A stretch of 64,000 nt of DNA, taken from positions 64,001 through 128,000 of the forward strand of contig CAVQUB010000001.1 in assembly GCA_963716725.1 (NCBI GenBank). The letters are read 5' to 3'. Shown one piece after another: positions 51,724 through 62,701 of the stretch. Position 1 is the stretch's first letter; every line of letters starts with the position of its first letter. The notes under the pieces were generated by a model, which worked only from the letters and a program-made list of their open reading frames with translations, did no database searches and was not told the origin of the DNA. The position numbers and the translations under genes were made by a program. The stretch comes from an uncultured delta proteobacterium (GTDB lineage: Bacteria; Myxococcota_A; Polyangia; Polyangiales; Polyangiaceae).

Positions 51724-52866
51724 TCAGTCCTCGGCAACGCAGACCCGGTTCTTGCCCGCGGCTTTCGCGGCCAGCAGCGCTTGATCTGCGCGGCCGATCA
51801 GCGCCTCGGCGTCGTCGTCGCGCCGCCGCGCCGCCACGCCCACCGAACACGTCGCAGCGAGCCGACGCTCGGAATCGATGGCAAAAGGCGCATCCGACAC
51901 CGCTCGTCGGAGGCGTTCGCCGATGCCCAGGAGGTCGCTCGGGGAAGCGCCAGAAAGCAGCACCGCAAACTCCTCGCCGCCGTACCGGAACGGTCGCTCC
52001 CCAGCCCGAAGCGTCGAACGCAATCGCTCGCCCAGCCCGCAGAGCAAGGCGTCGCCCGCCAAGTGCCCGTGCGTATCGTTCACTCGCTTGAAGTCGTCGA
52101 GATCGATCATCGCAACGCCAAACGCCGCGTCCTCCTCCCGCGCCAATGAGCCTTCGAGGGCCTCCATCATTCGGCCGTGGTGTTCGAGTCCAGTCAGCGC
52201 ATCGATGCGCGCGCGCTCGGCCAGCTCCTCGTAGTGGTGGGCGTGCTCGATGGCGCGACCGGCCTGATCCGCGATCAGCGACAGCACGAGCTCCGCCGTT
52301 TCGTCGAGCGGCCGCTCGGTGAAGCAGTTGTCGGCGTAGAGCACGCCTCGGACGCGGTCCGCCCCGCGGAGCGGCGCCGCCACCGCAGTCGGCAGGTGCA
52401 AGAGCCCGTCCAGGTCGTCGGAGCCCTCGCCCTGCACCAGCGCGACCGCGCGCAGCGCCCGTGCGATGGGAGTGTCCCCCGAGACGGGCACCGACAGCGC
52501 TCTGACCCGCAGATCGAGGGCCCCCTGCTCGGCACGCTGCCGAAGGCCGGCTTCGTACAGCGTCAACAAATCCGGAGCGTCGCTCTCGATGGACTTCCAG
52601 ATCCGGTCGGCTTCGGAGTGATCGGCCGGCCCCACCGCTGCGACACCACGCAGGTTCGAGCGGTCACGATCATCGACGAAGAACAGCATGGCTCGGTTGA
52701 AGCCCAGTCCGACGCCGGCCGTGACGCCGGTCAAGAGTGCGTAGCAAGTCGGCTCGAGCTCGAGGGATTGCCTCGCCAAGTTGCTGACGCGATGGAGCAG
52801 GTCGATGGCCTGTCGAAGCGCCGCGTTCTCGCCGCGCAGCTCGGCTTCGTTCAGTTCTTCTGGCAC
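51724..52866 (-). CDS. GAF + GGDEF diguanylate cyclase
   Basis: GLGFNRAMLF..APL..GVLYADN (GAF); DALTGL, IDLDDFKRVNDTHGHLAGD, RYGGEEF, ADQAL. Start approximate. Confidence 0.92.
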   Translation of the reverse strand: MPEELNEAELRGENAALRQAIDLLHRVSNLARQSLELEPTCYALLTGVTAGVGLGFNRAMLFFVDDRDRSNLRGVAAVGPADHSEADRIWKSIESDAPDLLTLYEAGLRQRAEQGALDLRVRALSVPVSGDTPIARALRAVALVQGEGSDDLDGLLHLPTAVAAPLRGADRVRGVLYADNCFTERPLDETAELVLSLIADQAGRAIEHAHHYEELAERARIDALTGLEHHGRMMEALEGSLAREEDAAFGVAMIDLDDFKRVNDTHGHLAGDALLCGLGERLRSTLRAGERPFRYGGEEFAVLLSGASPSDLLGIGERLRRAVSDAPFAIDSERRLAATCSVGVAARRRDDDAEALIGRADQALLAAKAAGKNRVCVAED

Positions 52867-53171
52867 GCGGCGCGGCACGAAGCCTCGATCTGCTCGAGTG
52901 ACACTGCTTGCATTTTGCGGCGCTCGACGCACGCCTTCACGCATTCGTCGCCGGCGCCCGCCCTCGCAGTCCCTGCCGCCGGGCTCGGGGCTGATGGCGC
53001 GGGGCTCGGGGCCAAGGGCGCCGGGCTCGAGGCCGAAGGCGCCGGGCTTCCCGCGGGATCCTCGCGTGCCGGCTCGCGCGGCACGGGCTCCGCCGACGGC
53101 GCAGGCCCGGTGCTCGTTGTCGAGTTGCAGCCGAGCGCGAGCCAGAGAAATCCGAGAGCGATTGGACGCAC
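52851..53171 (-). CDS. small lipoprotein with Pro linker and CxxxC...CxxxC domain
   Basis: LWLALGC lipobox; ECVKACVERRKMQAVSLEQIEASCRAAC. Confidence 0.7.
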   Translation of the reverse strand: MRPIALGFLWLALGCNSTTSTGPAPSAEPVPREPAREDPAGSPAPSASSPAPLAPSPAPSAPSPAAGTARAGAGDECVKACVERRKMQAVSLEQIEASCRAACQKN

Positions 53172-53325
53172 CGGATGAAACTGACGCGACCGCAAGCCGG
53201 GCGCAAGCGGGTCCACCCAGCACCGGCGCCATTGTCGGCATCTCAGAGAGCCGTTCAAGTCTTGTTCGGCCTTCATTTCCGGGCGATCACGGCTCGGATG
53301 CGAGTGGTAGCCTGTGGGTGGCAGA

Positions 53326-53769
53326 ATGTGGCCAAGAAGAACGCACCGGTTGCCAACTAGCCTGCTGGCGTTTGCTCTGGTGGCGTGTGGCATCGGCCAG
53401 CCGGTTGGGCCTTGCCCGAACCGCTTGGAGGTTTTTATTTTCGACGGCACGACGGGGCCCGCGGTCGACTTCGACCGCGTCCGGATCTGCTTCGGCGAGC
53501 AGTGCGTCGCCCTCAGCGGTGCGTGCAAGGTGGTCGAGGGCGCGGTCTCGAGGGTGGATTGCGGCGGCGGCACGCTTTGGCTCAACATCCCGGTCGAGGG
53601 GTACTTCGATGTCGTCACGCTCGCTGCGCTCGATGCCGACGGGAAGGTGATCTACACCGCCAAACAGGCTGGGTTCACAAAGACCAGGTCCGGCTGCGCG
53701 TTCACGGAAGCGAGGTTCATTCTCAACTACATCTCCGAAGGGCCGATGGGTGGCACTGGTGGCAGCTAG
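53326..53769 (+). CDS. hypothetical lipoprotein
   Basis: LLAFALVAC lipobox, several Cys. Confidence 0.65.
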   Translation: MWPRRTHRLPTSLLAFALVACGIGQPVGPCPNRLEVFIFDGTTGPAVDFDRVRICFGEQCVALSGACKVVEGAVSRVDCGGGTLWLNIPVEGYFDVVTLAALDADGKVIYTAKQAGFTKTRSGCAFTEARFILNYISEGPMGGTGGS

Positions 53770-54310
53770 ACACACGCGCCCGCTCGGCGCTGCGGGGCTG
53801 GCCCTCGGGGTGGCGCTTGCAGCATGCTCCGGCGAGACGCAATCGGATCCCGCTTCCCTCCACGAGCTCTGCGCCCGCTTCTGCGCGGACTTCAAGTCGG
53901 GGGGGTGCGCCACGCTTGGAGATATGCACGCGGCAGTCGAGATCGTCGCACAACCCAACTGCGACGCCGATAGCTGCGAGGAGTTCGTCCTCAGCAACCC
54001 GCCCGAGTATCGCTCGCTCTACCTCTGCATTCTCAGCAAGCAGATCGACTGCGGTTTTGGCGAGCTTCCGAGCGTCAAAGGGTGCGACCAGGCCGCCATC
54101 GAGACCGCCGAGGCGATGAGCGAGTGCGAGCGGTTCCCTTCCCTCGCGCAGGGCGCGTGTCCGGACGAGCAGCCGGACCGCTACTACTGTAGCAGCCACT
54201 TCGATCCCGAGCTGGGATACAAGCCGCCGGAGTCGCCCGGCTGCAGCCACCTCGACGGCGGCGAGTACTGCTGCCGGCCCTGGTGGCAGTCGCTCCCTCC
54301 GCCCAAGTGA
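53750..54310 (+). CDS. Cys-rich lipoprotein
   Basis: GVALAAC lipobox; more than 10 Cys. Confidence 0.7.
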   Translation: MALVAARHTRPLGAAGLALGVALAACSGETQSDPASLHELCARFCADFKSGGCATLGDMHAAVEIVAQPNCDADSCEEFVLSNPPEYRSLYLCILSKQIDCGFGELPSVKGCDQAAIETAEAMSECERFPSLAQGACPDEQPDRYYCSSHFDPELGYKPPESPGCSHLDGGEYCCRPWWQSLPPPK

Positions 54311-54354
54311 CACCCTGGGTCTTGAGCGCGGACGCTGCTGCCAGCCGCTAGGGC

Positions 54355-54420
54355 GCTCGTTCTTGGCGAGGTCCATCGCAACCTTGCGGAGCAGCGCGAT
54401 GTCTTCTGGCCCGTGCCTCA
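54355..54420 (-). pseudogene. possible ISAs1 transposase C-terminal fragment
   Basis: RHGPEDIALLRKVAMDLAKNE resembles the ISAs1 C-terminal hAPENhAxLRxhAhNL motif. Confidence 0.4.
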
Positions 54421-55518
54421 GCTCCAGCATTCTAGCCGTCCCAGACCCGCAGCGCCCGCCGCGCGCCGTTGAACGCGGGACATCGCCGAAGTGGTGCGTC
54501 GGGTGCGCGAGGCCCTCAGCCCTTCGCCCCCATCAACCGCGCCGCCTCAATCGCGCCATTCGTAATTGTCCTGCCTCCCCCGGTCGTTGCTCGCGGCGCT
54601 TTGCGCGGCTGTGCCCCTCCGGGCATCACGAAGCGCGTCGCGCCGCCTGCCCCCTCCTTATCCGGCAAGCGCCGCCAGCGGTCGAGAGCGGTCGCCAGAA
54701 CAGGAGTTGCTCCGCGACTGCGTCGCCGACACGACCGCCGCCGGCGCTTGCGCGGGTGGAGGGGGCGAGTTGATCCGAGACTGGCTGCGCGTGCGCGGAC
54801 CGGAGACAGGGCAGCAGCAGCGTCAGCGCTGCGCTGCGGACAGCGCTGGGTGCGCGCGCACCGTGAAGCTCCTCGGCTCTCAGGATCCGTGCACCGGCGC
54901 CGCGTCCGGGCTGAGATTTCTCATGCTCGCTGTCTCATCCGCGTTGATAAATTCCGTCCTACGCGCCTCCGCATCCGCGACATGATCGCGCCGAAACCGG
55001 CTGCGAACATGACTCGAATATGAGGGCTCAGGGCGGCGCCACCGGCGTGAGCCCCGCCGGCCCGCACTGGCGACTGCCGCATCGCGCAGCCTGACACTGT
55101 TCGCGAGTCATCGTCGGGTGACACGGATCCTTGCCCCCGCCCCAACATGAGCACTGCTGGCCCTCGCCACAGTCGGCGAGCGGCCGCACTGGGCTCATCG
55201 AGCTCGCCAAACGCGAGCAGCGCGGTGGAGGACGGTCCGGCGGCGACGAGCTACAGCGCGTCGACCTGTCGATTCAGGGCATCGTCGCCGAGGACGCCCA
55301 TCACTTCGTCCCAGAGCTCGCCGGGCAGCGGCCGCTGCTGAACATCCTCGAGCGTCGACGCCGCGATGGCCGCGGACGGCCCCTGATCGAGCGTCGTCAC
55401 TCTGTGTTGGGAGGGATCTCCGGCTCCACCAGCACCACGTGAAAGGGCTGCTTGGCGGTCCGCCCCCGCAGGCGTGACGAGTCGGACGAGGCCATTCGTG
55501 GTTGCCTGGCTTTTCGCC

Positions 55519-56376
55519 TCAGAAGTGACCCGTGACTCGAAGCTGAGGCATGCCGGCCCGAGCGCCGGACGAGAGCGCGATCGTGCCCGAGTCGTCCTGC
55601 TGCCAGATAACCATGGCTCCACTCAGGGCGACCGCCCCAACGGCCGCAGAGATCCCACCTGCCCACCACAGCGTCCGAATGCCGTCCACGTCGTCCTCAG
55701 AACACGTCGGCTTGCAGGAATCGTCCAGCTCTGCACGCTTGGCGTGTCCGACGACACCGAGCGCGCCGCCGGTGACTAGACCAGCCAATCCCACGGCCCC
55801 CAGGATGTACGCTGCGCTGGGGATCCCAGCATGAGTCTCGGCCTTGGCTGCCGGCGCTCTCACAGGGTGTTCGGCAGGACGTCGTTTGGGCTGACCAAAC
55901 GCCACAGGCAGTTTGTGAGTCGCACGCCCGGGCGCCAGCTGGACAGTGCGGCGCAACGGATCGCTTCCGCTCAGCTCGAAGGTCAACTCATGCTCGCCCG
56001 GATCAAGCTCGATCAAGTCGCCGACATGTGCTGCCAACAGCCGACCTGCTTCAGTGACACGCACCTCCCGAGTGGGTTTGCCCTCGGCATCGAGTGCGGA
56101 GACCCGCAGTCGTGGGATGAGTGCTTCTACCTCCGCCCGCCAGCGATCGCAGTCCTGGACCAGGGCATCTGGACAGCTACTCTGACAGGTGAGGAGCTGA
56201 GCCCGTGCGACCATTAGCTTTCCCGCTGCCCGTTGGCGCTGGGCTTCTTCGTAGGCGCCGGCGCACAGCCCCTTGTCGCTGGCTAGCGCCGGAGAGGCAG
56301 CGAGCCAGAGCGCTCCCATGATCACAATGCTGAGAGCGCTCCGGACGATTCGTGCGCTCGCAGCTGCGGTCACCAT
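55519..56376 (-). CDS. exported Cys-rich helical + PEGA-like protein, paralog of 38370-39206
   Basis: CAGAYEEAQRQRAAGKL...CQSSCP...C; LDPGEHELTF; CKPTC between hydrophobic helices; ends VTGHF. Confidence 0.78.
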   Translation of the reverse strand: MVTAAASARIVRSALSIVIMGALWLAASPALASDKGLCAGAYEEAQRQRAAGKLMVARAQLLTCQSSCPDALVQDCDRWRAEVEALIPRLRVSALDAEGKPTREVRVTEAGRLLAAHVGDLIELDPGEHELTFELSGSDPLRRTVQLAPGRATHKLPVAFGQPKRRPAEHPVRAPAAKAETHAGIPSAAYILGAVGLAGLVTGGALGVVGHAKRAELDDSCKPTCSEDDVDGIRTLWWAGGISAAVGAVALSGAMVIWQQDDSGTIALSSGARAGMPQLRVTGHF

Positions 56377-56425
56377 CCTTCAAATCATGCCAGCCCCAGT
56401 GAGCCGCCACAACACTTCGCGTCGG

Positions 56426-56457
56426 TGACAGCTGTCAACCGTGGGGAGACAGCTGTC
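56426..56457. promoter_or_regulatory. tandem palindromic enhancer GACAGCTGTC x2
   Basis: Identical 10-bp palindromes at 56427 and 56448, 21 bp apart. Confidence 0.7.
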
Positions 56458-56523
56458 GCCCCGGGGGTGATACGCGCAGGGACGCACGCATTCGTCCGCG
56501 CTGGTCCAACGACGGGTCCGTTG

Positions 56524-56539
56524 AGGCACGAACCTTGCG
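56524..56539 (+). promoter_or_regulatory. putative sigma54 promoter
   Basis: AGGCACGAACCTTGCG, GG-N10-GC. Confidence 0.65.
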
Positions 56540-56551
56540 AAGGCGAACGGC

Positions 56552-58042
56552 ATGAGAACGACCACACTGCGATGGGGCGCACTCGGCGTGTTGTTGAGCG
56601 CATGCAGCTTGGGGTCCGTTGGCGAAGAGAATCACGCCGGCGCCGCAGACGCTGGAGCGGCGGGGGCAGGTGGGTCGTCAGGCACGGGTGGCAGCGCCAA
56701 CACAGGCGGTGGGGAGACAGGTGGAGCCGCGGGCGCCGGCGGGAGCGCAGGCGCGTCAGGTGGAGCTGCGGGAACCGGCGGGAGCGCAGGCGCGCCAGGT
56801 GGAGCCGCGGGCGCCGGCGGGAGCGCAGGCGCGTCAGGTGGAGCCGCGGGCGCCGGCGGGAGCGCAGGCGCGTCAGGTGGAGCCGCGGGAACCGGCGGAG
56901 ACGCAGGCGTCGTCGTGACGTCGACAATCTCGGCAACGGCAGTGTCGAGCAGTGCCATTCAGGTGACCGTGAAGCTGAACAAGGCCGCACCTTGCTTGGT
57001 GCAATTCCGTCCCCAAGGCACGAGCACTTGGAGCGACAAACTCCCTTCCGAGAACAGCAGCATTCACGGCGTCAACCCGCCGCACGTGCAGACCGTCTCC
57101 GGACTGTCTCCGGGTGCCTGGGAAGTGCGAGCTCTCGATCATTTGGCGGGCAGCTACACGACGAAAACGTTGGTGGTCAACTTGTCCAACGTGGTTGGCG
57201 GGCTCTCCAAGCAGGGCCTTACGTTCACTACCATTCCGAGCGGTGTAGCCTATGGAGCATGGAGCACCCAACGCTGGACCACGATGTTTGGCAACGTTGC
57301 GCCCAACTACGGCGGCGGAATGGGCCAGGTGAAAACGCAGGTGCTGGACGGCACACTCGCCATAATCCATCGCGTCACACCCACCGCACCACCCGGGACG
57401 AGCCCGGCGCTTCCAAAGAACGGCTCGGACCGCGTCGACGGAGCCTGGAACTTGCCCGCGCAGCCACAAAAACGCTTCGCGCTGATGCAATCGGTTCGGC
57501 TACCCAACGACTTTGCTGCGGGTTGGAAAGAGCAATCGGGCAAGCTGGGCTGGGGGCTCGGTGGAGGTTCCGTGCCCTCGGGTGGCAAGCCGCTCAAGGA
57601 TGGCTTCTCGGCGCGGTTGTCTTTTCGGGGCAACAAAGCCCAGCCGGACACGTCGTCCGTCGTGTATCCAATTCTCTATGTCTACTCAGCGGATTGGCCA
57701 GGACAGTACGGTGAGGACGTCCACTTCGTCGACCCGGCGACGACGAAGGACTTCGAGCTGAAGCGCGGAACCTGGGTCGAATTCGCGTGGGAGGTAGTGA
57801 TGAACAGCGCGCCCGGAAAGAGCGACGGTTCGCTGCGCGGCTGGGTCAATGGCGTGCTGATGATCGAGCGGAAGAACAAGCAGTGGTTCTCCCAGTTGGC
57901 TTCTGGTGATGCCGCTCCGCATGTCGACCGCATCATCTTGTCTACCTTTCATGGCGGCGCGACCAGTGACTGGGCGCCGTCACACGCCAACGAGATTGCC
58001 TTCTCCGGCCTGCACTTCGGTGTCCCCAACCCGCCCTGGTGA
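56552..58042 (+). CDS. lipoprotein: Gly linker + Fn3-like region + polysaccharide lyase family 14-like domain
   Basis: VLLSAC lipobox; GKL..GLGGG..SGG..DGFSARL.FR, YVY..QYGED, RGTW..MNSAPGKSDG, STFHGG..WAP. Confidence 0.8.
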   Translation: MRTTTLRWGALGVLLSACSLGSVGEENHAGAADAGAAGAGGSSGTGGSANTGGGETGGAAGAGGSAGASGGAAGTGGSAGAPGGAAGAGGSAGASGGAAGAGGSAGASGGAAGTGGDAGVVVTSTISATAVSSSAIQVTVKLNKAAPCLVQFRPQGTSTWSDKLPSENSSIHGVNPPHVQTVSGLSPGAWEVRALDHLAGSYTTKTLVVNLSNVVGGLSKQGLTFTTIPSGVAYGAWSTQRWTTMFGNVAPNYGGGMGQVKTQVLDGTLAIIHRVTPTAPPGTSPALPKNGSDRVDGAWNLPAQPQKRFALMQSVRLPNDFAAGWKEQSGKLGWGLGGGSVPSGGKPLKDGFSARLSFRGNKAQPDTSSVVYPILYVYSADWPGQYGEDVHFVDPATTKDFELKRGTWVEFAWEVVMNSAPGKSDGSLRGWVNGVLMIERKNKQWFSQLASGDAAPHVDRIILSTFHGGATSDWAPSHANEIAFSGLHFGVPNPPW

Positions 58043-58101
58043 AGTGCAAAGCAACGCCCTAGCTCGCTTGCCACAAACAAACGCATACGACTGGAATCCA
58101 G

Positions 58102-59487
58102 ATGAGCCTTCGCATCACCAACTTCGAGACACTCGCGCTGCTTGCGACGCTAACTTGCATGGGCTGCGGCGCGGAATCAGATAGCACAGGAAGCGCTGCG
58201 GGCGGTCAGGGGTCCGGCGCGGGCGCTTCCGGCCAGAGCGGCGACGGTGGTGTTGGTAGCGGCGGCTCTCCCTCTGGTGGAATGGGAGGAAGCGGTGGCG
58301 CCGGTACGGGCGGGGCTGCGACTGGCGGAGCGAGCGGCGGCGGCGGGACACCTGCGCCGCCCCAGGTAAGCAGCGATCTAAAGAGCAAGTATGACTTTGC
58401 ACTGATCTTCGACGCGGACTTCTCGCAAACTGCGACTCTCGGAGCCGGAGCGCTGTGGCGTCGCGAAAACATGTCCGCGAGCCACAACTCCAACCAGCAC
58501 AAACACGCTGACGGCCGCCGGCACGCAGCTTGGTACGACCAGTATCAGGAACAGACCGCGTTCTTCCGGGATGGCTATCTAGTCCAAGCGGGCCACGTCG
58601 CGGACGCGAGCCTGTCAGGATTTCAAAGTCGCGACTCCGGCAACGCCCCGCGAAACCATTCCTATGCTGATCCCGATCCGCGGGACGATGGGAAAGGCAC
58701 GGTCAACTTCGCCGATTTCGAGCTCCACACCTCGTGGTTCGACACCTTTGCGTTGAAGTGGTCCCAGGGAAAGAGCGTGCCTGTTCTACCCACGGACAAG
58801 TTGCTGCCGAAAGAACAGTACACCGGGGCACCGGGCACGACGGACACACCCTCCCCGAACATTACCTTCTTGCCGGGAAGCTACTTTGAAATCGAGGTGA
58901 GCTTCGAAGGCATGAAAGCCTTGTCGCATCGCCACTCGCTTTGGTTGATGCCGGCGACGCCGGAAAACCAAGCCTACGACTCAGATTCGAGCAACGGAGT
59001 GGAGATCGACATTTACGAGCACGAGCTGGTGGAGGACGGTGAGCTTTCTCTATCAGAAAACGAGATGTTGCTCATGAAGTCGATTGGCGGCTCGACCAGC
59101 CCGCCAGTCACCAAGAACGAGCTGAAGGGCGATGGGGCTACGAACATCCGGGTGAAGGGCATCAACTCGGGGTGGCACAAGATCGGCTTGCTGTGGACGA
59201 AGGGTGAAGTGATTTGGCTGGTGGACGGCGAAGAGCTCGTCCGCGATTCCCAGCTGGTGCCACAAGTTCCAATGTATTTGCTGCTCACTCGCGAGGCGAA
59301 TACCGGCGCCGTCGACCCGAGCACTGCGGGCCCCCAAGAGCTCAAATCCATGGGTGCCGCGATCCCGCTCGACCCTGGCTTGTTCGGGCGCAACGTAGCG
59401 ACTCCGGACAACCGAGCACTGGTCAAAGCAGGCAGCGACGAAGTTCGCGTTCGCTACGTCCGAGCCTGGCGTGCCAGCGCCAAGTGA
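58102..59487 (+). CDS. lipoprotein with GH16-like (ConA/jelly-roll) domain
   Basis: TCMGC lipobox; YFEI, SLWLMP, catalytic-type VEIDIYE, WHKIGLLWT..WLVDG, VRYVRAW. Confidence 0.8.
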   Translation: MSLRITNFETLALLATLTCMGCGAESDSTGSAAGGQGSGAGASGQSGDGGVGSGGSPSGGMGGSGGAGTGGAATGGASGGGGTPAPPQVSSDLKSKYDFALIFDADFSQTATLGAGALWRRENMSASHNSNQHKHADGRRHAAWYDQYQEQTAFFRDGYLVQAGHVADASLSGFQSRDSGNAPRNHSYADPDPRDDGKGTVNFADFELHTSWFDTFALKWSQGKSVPVLPTDKLLPKEQYTGAPGTTDTPSPNITFLPGSYFEIEVSFEGMKALSHRHSLWLMPATPENQAYDSDSSNGVEIDIYEHELVEDGELSLSENEMLLMKSIGGSTSPPVTKNELKGDGATNIRVKGINSGWHKIGLLWTKGEVIWLVDGEELVRDSQLVPQVPMYLLLTREANTGAVDPSTAGPQELKSMGAAIPLDPGLFGRNVATPDNRALVKAGSDEVRVRYVRAWRASAK

Positions 59488-59553
59488 GCTCATCGCCTGA
59501 TCGGGAACCAAATCGGGTCGGTGAATCCGTGGGCATTGCGGTGGTCCCGGCGC

Positions 59554-61176
59554 TCACAAGCATTCGCGTTTGACCTGTCGGAATCCACCTTTGTCCTCGA
59601 TCCACGGGGGATCACAGTTAGCGGTCTTGGGTCGCCCGGGCCGTTTCGGCGTGGGCGCGAGTCGCGGCTTTGAGCTTGGCGCGGCGGAGGCGGAAGACGC
59701 CGCGCTGTCGGGCGGTGGCGCCGCGCTATTCGGGGCCGTTGGCGATGCGGCGACGGCTTCGGCCGGTGTGGCGACGGTTGCGGCCGCCGTCGACTTCGCG
59801 CCCGGCTGCGGCTCGGCTTCCGTCGAAGGGGTCTCAGGTGCGTCGCGCACGAACTGCATCGCAAGCGCGAGCACCAGGAGTGCCAGCGCAGCCAGGCCGC
59901 CCGCCAACACCCGGCGGCTTCGAGCACGTGTTGGCGCGGGAGCTCCCAGAGCCACCCCATTCGGCGCCGCCGGTCTGACCACGCCGACTTCGAGGGTGGC
60001 GGTGCCAGCTCCCGCCGGTCGGCCCCGGGGCGACGGCGGAGGTCGGGGTGGTGGCGCGTCGGCGGTTGCGTGAACGGACAAGGTCGGTACGTGTCGAGCG
60101 GCAAGCGGAGCGTTCGGGGCGACCCGCGGCGAAGCTCCACTCGGCGGCGGCGTGGCGCCTGGCGCGCCGGGGGCAACGCCACCTCGGACGTAGCGTGCGC
60201 TGCTGCGCTCAATCGCGCGCACTTTCTCAGCGCGTCGGTCCAGTTCATCGCCCACGAGCGCCCGCATCCAGTCCGCGACTTCCCGCGCGGAAGCGGGTGT
60301 CACGGCGCACTCCAGCGCAATGGCCATGTCGCGCGCTGAAGCAAAGCGGTTGGTCGGGTCTTTGGCGAGGCCCTGAAGCACCACGGCATCGAGTTGGGCA
60401 GGAATACTCGACACCAGCTGACTCGGCGCCGGTACCGCTTCATGCAGGATCTTGGAAACAATGCCCGCTTCACTCTTTGCTGCGTGCAAACGCCGAGCGG
60501 TCAGGGTCTCCCACAGCACGACGGACGCCGAGTAGATGTCGGCTTGAGCCGTGACTTCGCGATCCTGCAACTGCTCAGGCGGCATGTAGCGGAGCTTGCC
60601 CTTCAGTTGACCGTCCCGGGTGCTCTGCAAACGCACGGTGGCTTTTGCGATGCCAAAGTCGACCACGCGGGCCACCCCGTCTGCGCCCACCAGGATGTTG
60701 TCGGGAGAAACGTCGCGGTGAATGATGTGCAGCGCCGCGCCGTTTTCATCGGTGGCCTCGTGAGCCGCATGCAAACCGAATAGCGTGTCCGTCGCGGCGC
60801 GTACGGCAATCGTCTTCGGTACGCGAGTTCCCGCGGCCTTCGCCGCCTTGAGCAGTTCCGCTAGTGTTGCCCCCAATACGTACTCCATCACCAAGAACAA
60901 CTCGTCGTCGGAAGCAACCACATCTTCCGGAGCGACGACGTTCGGGTGACGGATTCTCGACGCCAGCCTAGCCTCGTCCACCAACATCGCGACGAACTCA
61001 GGATCCCGGGCGAAGTGAGGGTGCAGGCGCTTGATGGCGACTGCACGTGCAAACCCGGCGGCGCCGGACAGCACGCCCAGATGGATGACTGACATGCCTC
61101 CCGACGCCAACTCGTCAAAGAGGAGGTAGCGACCCAACTCGGTGCCGACGACCTCGGGCGTACTCACAAGACCCAT
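59554..61176 (-). CDS. membrane Ser/Thr protein kinase, paralog of 36945-38300
   Basis: LASGGMSVI, AIKRL, HRDVSPDN, DFG, GKLRYMPPE; TM; C-term CDPPW...KRECL. Confidence 0.95.
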   Translation of the reverse strand: MGLVSTPEVVGTELGRYLLFDELASGGMSVIHLGVLSGAAGFARAVAIKRLHPHFARDPEFVAMLVDEARLASRIRHPNVVAPEDVVASDDELFLVMEYVLGATLAELLKAAKAAGTRVPKTIAVRAATDTLFGLHAAHEATDENGAALHIIHRDVSPDNILVGADGVARVVDFGIAKATVRLQSTRDGQLKGKLRYMPPEQLQDREVTAQADIYSASVVLWETLTARRLHAAKSEAGIVSKILHEAVPAPSQLVSSIPAQLDAVVLQGLAKDPTNRFASARDMAIALECAVTPASAREVADWMRALVGDELDRRAEKVRAIERSSARYVRGGVAPGAPGATPPPSGASPRVAPNAPLAARHVPTLSVHATADAPPPRPPPSPRGRPAGAGTATLEVGVVRPAAPNGVALGAPAPTRARSRRVLAGGLAALALLVLALAMQFVRDAPETPSTEAEPQPGAKSTAAATVATPAEAVAASPTAPNSAAPPPDSAASSASAAPSSKPRLAPTPKRPGRPKTANCDPPWIEDKGGFRQVKRECL

Positions 61177-61300
61177 GAAGCTTCTTGACGGTGAGCATGC
61201 CCGGTAGCGGACGCGTCGGCCAGGGGTGCCAGACTAGCCCACGCGATTGCCGCCCGGGTTGACAGCGCCCTGCGCGTAGCGAAGAAGGAGCAGACTCAGA

Positions 61301-62623
61301 ATGAGCAACAGTGCAAACGCTGCCACGCAAACGACCATCTACCGGGACCGCGTGGAGATGCCGGAACTCGAGCTCGAGGTCACGCAGCCGGATGGTGTGT
61401 CCCAGGGGCATCGCCTGGGATTGGAGGCCCTTGTGATCGGGTCTGGGTCCGACGCAGACGTCGTACTGGTGGACGATTCCGTGTCGCGCAAACACTGCGA
61501 ACTGAGGATGAGCTCCCGGGGGGTCGAGGTGTCGGATCTCGACAGCAAGAACGGCACCTTCGTCAATGCAGTGCGCGTGGGGCGCGCTCTGCTCGAACCC
61601 GGCCAGATTTTGCAGGTCGGGAGAAGTCGGCTCACTCTGACTGCGCGTGCGGGCCGGGTCAGCATGCCCCTGACCATGGACTCGCAGTTCGGAGAAGCGT
61701 CCGGCGTGTCGGTTGTCATGCGGGCAATGTTCGCGCGCTTGGTGCGAGCGGCAGCCAGCGAGGAAACCGTGCTCTTGCTCGGGGAGTCGGGTACTGGCAA
61801 GGAACTGCTCGCGCGTGCCATCCACGAACGCAGCAAGCGCAGTGCCGGTCCTTTTGTCGTGCTCGACTGTAGTGCACTCGCGCCGACTTTGGTTGAAACG
61901 GAGCTTTTTGGACACGCGCGCGGCGCATTCACCGGAGCACTTCAAGTTCGCGAAGGCGTATTCGAGCAGGCCGGTGGTGGCACGGTGTTCATCGACGAGA
62001 TCGGTGAACTGCCCATGGACTTGCAGCCCAAAATGCTTCGGGCGCTGGAGTCCCGAGAGATACGACGCTTGGGGGAAAACGCGGTGCGCCCCATCGATGT
62101 TCGCGTTATCGCTGCAACACACCGGGATATCCGCGGGCGCGCCGTCAGCGGAGAGTTCCGGCAGGACCTGTACTATCGGCTCGCGGTGGTCGAGGCTGCG
62201 GTGCCTCCCCTGCGCGAGCGCAAAGACGACATTCCCATGCTCGTCGAGCGGTTCCTAGGCGAGCGCAAGCCACCGATGACGCTGCGCGATCTTCCACCAA
62301 ACACCCTGGCGCTGCTGTCGGCCCATGACTGGCCCGGGAATGTTCGCGAATTGCGTAACACGATCGCGCGGCTCGTCCTGTTTCCGGAAGCACCCGAAGC
62401 CGCCATTGCTTCGCTTCCACGGCAAGGTGATGCGACGGCTGCGCTCTTTTCACTGACCCTGGGCGATGCGCGGAGCGAAGTCGTCGCGCAGTTCGAGCAG
62501 AGCTATTTGGAGCGCAAGCTAGCCGAGCACGCCGGCAACGTGACCCACGCTGCCGAGTCCGCGGGTGTCTCGCGGCAGTTCTTTCATCGGCTGATTTCGC
62601 GGCACGGCATCGACCGCGAGTGA
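61301..62623 (+). CDS. FHA-domain sigma54-dependent activator
   Basis: [49 protein letters not shown]. Confidence 0.95.
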   Translation: MSNSANAATQTTIYRDRVEMPELELEVTQPDGVSQGHRLGLEALVIGSGSDADVVLVDDSVSRKHCELRMSSRGVEVSDLDSKNGTFVNAVRVGRALLEPGQILQVGRSRLTLTARAGRVSMPLTMDSQFGEASGVSVVMRAMFARLVRAAASEETVLLLGESGTGKELLARAIHERSKRSAGPFVVLDCSALAPTLVETELFGHARGAFTGALQVREGVFEQAGGGTVFIDEIGELPMDLQPKMLRALESREIRRLGENAVRPIDVRVIAATHRDIRGRAVSGEFRQDLYYRLAVVEAAVPPLRERKDDIPMLVERFLGERKPPMTLRDLPPNTLALLSAHDWPGNVRELRNTIARLVLFPEAPEAAIASLPRQGDATAALFSLTLGDARSEVVAQFEQSYLERKLAEHAGNVTHAAESAGVSRQFFHRLISRHGIDRE

Positions 62624-62701
62624 GCAGCACCGCGACCCACAAGTCCGAACCAACACGTTGCGCAGATGGCGCTGTGCAATCCCGCGGCCGCAGGCGCAGG
62701 C

